Position numbers and translations under genes: made by a program. Below, one piece after another: positions 59,314 through 64,000 of a DNA stretch of 64,000 nucleotides. The notes beneath the pieces are model-generated. The model saw only the letters and a list, made by a program, of their open reading frames with translations, ran no database searches and had not been told where the DNA came from. Location of the stretch: contig CAVSFC010000002.1 in assembly GCA_963727255.1 (NCBI GenBank), positions 160,001-224,000 of the forward strand, read 5' to 3'. Each line of letters starts with the position of its first letter. Position 1 is the first letter of the stretch. Source of the stretch: an uncultured bacterium (GTDB lineage Bacteria > Babelota > Babeliae > Babelales > Vermiphilaceae).

Positions 59314-59847
59314 TTACTTGTTGCTTCTACTGGGCCGTTTAAGCGTGGCCCACTTATCAAGAGCTTCTGGAATGGAGATGAAATTTTTCTTTTCTTTAAA
59401 TGCAGGCTGAGGCAAAACTATACCATCTACCTTTAAAACAGAATAGAGGTGAAGCTTATTTAATTTAATCATTTCATCTTTAAGCGCATCATTCGAAGCG
59501 CCCGGATATTTCTCAAGCTGTGCATCTGGCAATAGAACCGTTTTCGAAAGAATAGCCGGTCCTGAAGTATAAATAAATTTCCACGAGCCGTACTGCATAT
59601 GAATTCCAATGGGCCGATCTTCCTCATTGCATTCAAGAACCAACCCGGATTCTGTTTGACATTCGGTACAACTAAAAAATTCTCGCCATACTCCATGCTT
59701 GGAAACATTTTCTATTATTCGCTTTACCGCTGAATGCCATTCAGTATCTCGAGAAGATTTACTTTGAAGCGTTGCAACTTGATCTTCATGCATAGCAAAG
59801 TTAGCACCAGAAGAAAAAATCATACACAGTACTAGTAATGTTCTCAT
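59314..59847 (-). CDS. Hypothetical secreted protein
   Basis: GAGG RBS; signal ...NFA|MHE. Confidence 0.6.
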   Translation of the reverse strand: MRTLLVLCMIFSSGANFAMHEDQVATLQSKSSRDTEWHSAVKRIIENVSKHGVWREFFSCTECQTESGLVLECNEEDRPIGIHMQYGSWKFIYTSGPAILSKTVLLPDAQLEKYPGASNDALKDEMIKLNKLHLYSVLKVDGIVLPQPAFKEKKNFISIPEALDKWATLKRPSRSNK

Positions 59848-59958
59848 TATTAACCTCGATATTTTTAGTCTTTATTATAAGAAAAGGTATACTCTATTGA
59901 GCTTATACAAAAAAAAACTCCGCGCTAGTTTCTAATCGATCAATCAGGGTGCCCACAT

Positions 59959-61929
59959 ATGCTCTATATCCATGTTAAACTGCTCAATGGGTTTGCCCAA
60001 CCCTTAACATATACCGTTCCACCTGAACACCAAAAAAATCTTATAGGATCGATCGTCAAAGTTCCTCTAAAAGATAGGTTTGTTTCAGCCTACGTGTTTG
60101 CCCAATCGGATCAATTATCGCCGATACCCAGATTTACCCTCAAGGCAATGGCAGGAGTTGAGCCTTTCCCCCAGGACCTGACCTATACACAATTTATTAG
60201 CCAACTGAGCGAGTATTATCAAGTAGATTCCTTGCATTTTATTAAACGGATCCGCCAATTCGTAAATCAAGCAGTACCTGAAGCAATCATACAGCACACC
60301 TCAGCTGAAATTTTTGCACGGCAGGTTTCATTGACCGAAGAACAAAAGCATATCGTTGATGCCTTGAGCCCCGCCATTGGAGCCCAAACTTTTAGCCCGG
60401 CATTATTGCATGGGGTCACCGGATCAGGAAAAACTGAAGTGTATAAGCAACTCATACAAAAAACGATTGCTCAGCAAAAAACGGCGATGTTGCTTTTGCC
60501 AGAAGTAAGCCTCGCGCTGCGATTTGAACAGATTTTAAAGCTACAACTGCCATCCGATATTACCGTCATTGGATTCCATTCAGGAACGCGCATTAAAGAA
60601 AAAAGATTGCTCTGGCAATCATTGCTCGAACAAAAGCCAACGCTCATTATTGGTGTACATATTCCAATTTTGCTTCCGATTGCCAATTTAGGATTGATCA
60701 TAATTGATGAAGAGCATGAAGTTGGGTACCAAGAAAAAAAGCATCCAAAAGTAAATACCAAAGAAGCTGCATTGATGCGCGCACAGCATCGCAAAGATTC
60801 CTATTTTACTCGGGTCAGCAACCCCATCAATTCAATCACTCTATACTGCACAAACTAAAAAATGGCCATTTTTTAATCTGTGCAAAGCGATTTGCCGGCA
60901 CTTTTCCAAGCATAAAAACAGTTTTGCTCACCAATAAAGAGCAGCGTAAGCATTTCTGGATCACCCAAGAGTTGCAAGCGCAATTGCAGATCGATTAGCA
61001 AAAAAAGAGCAATTATAATTTTTATTAATCGGCGCGGATATAGTTTTTTTGTGCAATGCAAAGCATGCAGTTTTATTTTTGAATGCTCAAATTGCAGCGT
61101 GAGCCTCACCTTGCACAATAATAATGAACTCGCGTGCCATTATTGTGGAAAATCAGAGCAACTGCCAATCGCATGCCCATCATGCAAGAAAGATGAACTT
61201 CTCAAAAAAGGAATTGGCACCCAGCAAGTGGTTACTATTCTTGAAGAGCTGTTTCCGCACGCTTGTATCGGGCGAGCCGATATGGATGTGAGCAGCAAAA
61301 AGAAATTGTGGCAACAAACCATACAGGCATTTGAAAATGGCACGATCGACATTTTAGTCGGCACCCAAACGATTACCAAAGGATTTCATTTTCCCAATGT
61401 TACGCTTGTTGGCATTCTTTGGGCGGATCTTAATTTGCATTTCCCTGTGTATAATGCCGCTGAAACATCGCTGCAACAACTGATTCAAGTTGCAGGCAGA
61501 GCAGGAAGAGCGCGCGAGGGCAGCCAAGTGATTGTACAAACGATGATGCACCATCCGATTTTTAATTATCTCAATGAAACTGATTATATGAAATTTTATG
61601 AGTATGAAATTCAAAACCGCACCGCAGTGGGTTATCCGCCAGTCATCCGCCTGGTTGAAATTGAATTAAAAAATACTCAAGAAAATCAGATCGAAGATGA
61701 ATCTCTGGCACTCGTGGAACTCATGATGAAAATAGTTGAAGAAAATAAATGGGATATTACCGTTTTAGGCCCAGCAAAACCGCCGGTGGCCAAAATAAAA
61801 AATACTCATTCTCGTAAAATTTATTTAAAGGGCAGATTAATGAGCCAATTTATTCAACTCTATAAAACGATTGATAAATCTCAGTTTAAAAGCCATATTT
61901 TTTTTACACCAAATCCTAACAACAATTAA
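59959..61929 (+). CDS. priA: Primosomal protein N' (frameshifts between ~60790 and ~61050)
   Basis: GVTGSGKTEVY, DEEHE, GSATP (shifted frame), NRRGY, four CxxC, GTQTITKG, QVAGRAGR. Confidence 0.95.
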
Positions 61930-62825
61930 CAACCTGATTTTTTATATGCCGCTTGCATGGCAATGCCCAATGGCAGTGGCTTGGTATCGCATCGAATACA
62001 CTCACCGTATATTTTGCCTTTAAATTGCTCATCCAGACCATAAAAATAGTTAGTCTGTTTATTTTTGATGAGCGCATATTTGCCATCATAGGTGGTCACT
62101 AAAACGATATGCCCATCATTAACATTGATTTTAGATAAATCTGTTTCATATGCTGAAAATTTTTCAAAATCTCTCTTAAGTACATAGAATGCATTTGTAA
62201 GTGTGAGCGCAACGAGCTTATACCCTTTTTTTTCCGCAATCCGATTAAGCGCACCAACTGATTGCCCAAAATTATTATTATCTTTTGAATAAGGAGCATA
62301 GAGATCATACCAAACCGGTATAGTCGGATTATATTCAACAATAATCAAGCGCGGCCGTATCTTTTTGAGACTTTCAAAAATATGATAATCATTGCCATCG
62401 ATATCAATAGAAAGTAAATCAATAGTCCCTGTAATACCATGCTTTTTCAAGATTGATTCTAAGCAATCTTCCTGAGTAATTCCTACCCAGGCATTAATTG
62501 CTAAACAATTGTAAGAAGCAGTATTGCGCTCAAGCTCTTTAAATCTTTCAGGGTCCCCTTCAATCAAAATTCCCTGCCACGAAGGATCTTTGCTCCATAA
62601 TGCAGCAGTGTTGGAAAAATGGAACCCATCCCAGGCTCCAAATTCCACCGCTATTTTTGACTTTGTCCCCATAATTTCAAAGATTTTTTGAATTATGCCA
62701 TCTTCACCAAATTGGGAATGCTGGTTGTAACCATGATCAATAAGCCGCGGCCGGCAATATAAAGGGCAAAAGATTGCCTGAAGGGTCAATAATAGGACTA
62801 GTCCATATTTCATAGGCAGTTTCAT
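61926..62825 (-). CDS. FkbM-like methyltransferase with signal-like N-terminus
   Basis: SQFGEDGII, VEFGAWDG..SNT, DLLSIDIDGNDY, PRLIIVEYN. Confidence 0.8.
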   Translation of the reverse strand: MKLPMKYGLVLLLTLQAIFCPLYCRPRLIDHGYNQHSQFGEDGIIQKIFEIMGTKSKIAVEFGAWDGFHFSNTAALWSKDPSWQGILIEGDPERFKELERNTASYNCLAINAWVGITQEDCLESILKKHGITGTIDLLSIDIDGNDYHIFESLKKIRPRLIIVEYNPTIPVWYDLYAPYSKDNNNFGQSVGALNRIAEKKGYKLVALTLTNAFYVLKRDFEKFSAYETDLSKINVNDGHIVLVTTYDGKYALIKNKQTNYFYGLDEQFKGKIYGECIRCDTKPLPLGIAMQAAYKKSGC

Positions 62826-62991
62826 TCAAAATTCATACCTCGATCTATTTTATAAATAACTCAAAAATACATGAAAAACATACTAGATTTATCAACAAGT
62901 TGGAAATTCCCTAAGAATCGCTTGACATTAAGTTATTTTTCATTTATATTTGTTACAAATAGAATTATTTATAATTTATGGGAAAAAATAT

Positions 62992-64000
62992 ATGAACTAT
63001 GCAAAATTAATAATTGTTTTTACAGCAAACCTTTTCGTTGCCAATCTCTATCCTATGGAAAAGTGGGATAAAACACCTCCCACAATACCCCCGAGAACAC
63101 AGTCGCCCGAAAAACAGAAATATATAAGATCGCTTCCGCCCGTTCCAGAAAGAGTCGATTCCCTATTGCCAGAAATAGCTCCGGCTGCCAAAAGAAATCT
63201 ATCCTCTGAAGCCTTTCTGTCTCAAATGCCTTTAAGATTGGAGAAATTACATCTGCAAGAAGAGCCAAATGAATCCTCTTCAGTATCAAATCCCCATCTA
63301 GAACATCTACGCTCAGTTCTTGAATTACATAAATCAACAGAACCAGAAATCCAAGCTGTCACATCAAAGTCAGCTGTAAGTGAAACGGCACCTCTAAGAA
63401 AGAATAAATTTCCATTACAAAAAGAATCCAGCATTTCAGTCAAAGAATCAACTCATTTAGAAGCTGAGATACAAAATCCCCATCTAAAACATCTCCATTC
63501 TGTTCTTGCAACAGCCAATCTTGCAACAGCATCAAACAAATCAAAAAAAACAGAAATCCGGAATATCAAAGATATTGTATTTCTTGGGAATTGGTATAAC
63601 AATACTTCCAAGATAATAAATGTACAAAAAACTGCTTTAAAACATGATAATAATGAAATTACATTTCTAACCAAAGAAAAAATTAAAACAATCTACCCGG
63701 GACTTCCCGTTAAGCTCGAAGATCCAAAAATTTTTGATCCTTCGGATGAAATTGATGGCTTATCTCATTCAGTCTATAATATTCATGAAGATAAGTTCCC
63801 TTGGGGTATAATTGCATGGCTAACTTATGATAATTCGACTAATTTATTAAAAGCTCGTTTATATACAGAGGATCAAGATTTTAAAGATAAACCATTTTCA
63901 GAAGATAGTAAGTCAATAAAAAAGATTTCAGATAAAAACTTATATGTTTTAATTAATTTCAAAGATAAATGGAAAGAGTCTCAAATAAAACTAAGCGACA
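62992..64000 (+). CDS. Secreted low-complexity protein with proline-rich motifs (continues beyond window)
   Basis: Manual translation: MNYAKLIIVFTANLFVANLYP|MEKWDKTPPTIPPR...RSLPPVPER...; appears open to the window end. Confidence 0.7.
   Translation, partial: MNYAKLIIVFTANLFVANLYPMEKWDKTPPTIPPRTQSPEKQKYIRSLPPVPERVDSLLPEIAPAAKRNLSSEAFLSQMPLRLEKLHLQEEPNESSSVSNPHLEHLRSVLELHKSTEPEIQAVTSKSAVSETAPLRKNKFPLQKESSISVKESTHLEAEIQNPHLKHLHSVLATANLATASNKSKKTEIRNIKDIVFLGNWYNNTSKIINVQKTALKHDNNEITFLTKEKIKTIYPGLPVKLEDPKIFDPSDEIDGLSHSVYNIHEDKFPWGIIAWLTYDNSTNLLKARLYTEDQDFKDKPFSEDSKSIKKISDKNLYVLINFKDKWKESQIKLSD

Noticed and set aside
5265..61929. Programmed frameshifting or true pseudogenes in leuS, alaS, rho, polA, priA
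   Set aside because: No consistent slippery sites, the genes are essential and their motifs are intact; assembly error is more parsimonious.
1..64000. CRISPR array, prophage, IS transposase, integrase, rRNA
   Set aside because: No regularly spaced repeats or recognisable genes of these kinds were seen.

Overview
AT-rich bacterial chromosomal segment. Its content is most consistent with an intracellular protist-associated bacterium of the Dependentiae (TM6/Babeliae) type; this is an inference from broken-up operons, ankyrin proteins and many signal-peptide orphans. Housekeeping genes are scattered: leuS, rpsA, ndk, nusB, efp, glyA, alaS, pth, skp, ssrA/smpB, tsaD, rho, secF, rpmA, polA, priA. 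Several essential genes are split by single-base frameshifts, most likely assembly errors. Accessory highlights: (1) a secreted bromoperoxidase-type vanadium haloperoxidase directly upstream of five tandem Cys-rich predicted 8-stranded outer-membrane beta-barrels, with Cys mostly on the predicted periplasmic face; (2) four tandem secreted proteins sharing an unrecognised ~80-aa N-terminal domain with shuffled ankyrin-like C-terminal modules, next to tmRNA and preceded by a G-quadruplex-like tract; (3) a recurring 'signal peptide | Met-Glu/Asp/Gln' N-terminus on putative effectors; (4) normally cytoplasmic enzymes (UDP-Glc dehydrogenase, GT2s, FkbM-like, DOT1-like methyltransferase, LigD phosphoesterase) with export-like leaders; (5) an MNT-HEPN toxin-antitoxin pair coupled to polA; (6) a dispersed palindromic intergenic repeat family and a candidate ~120-nt structured RNA. 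All calls are by-eye motif recognition; no searches were run.
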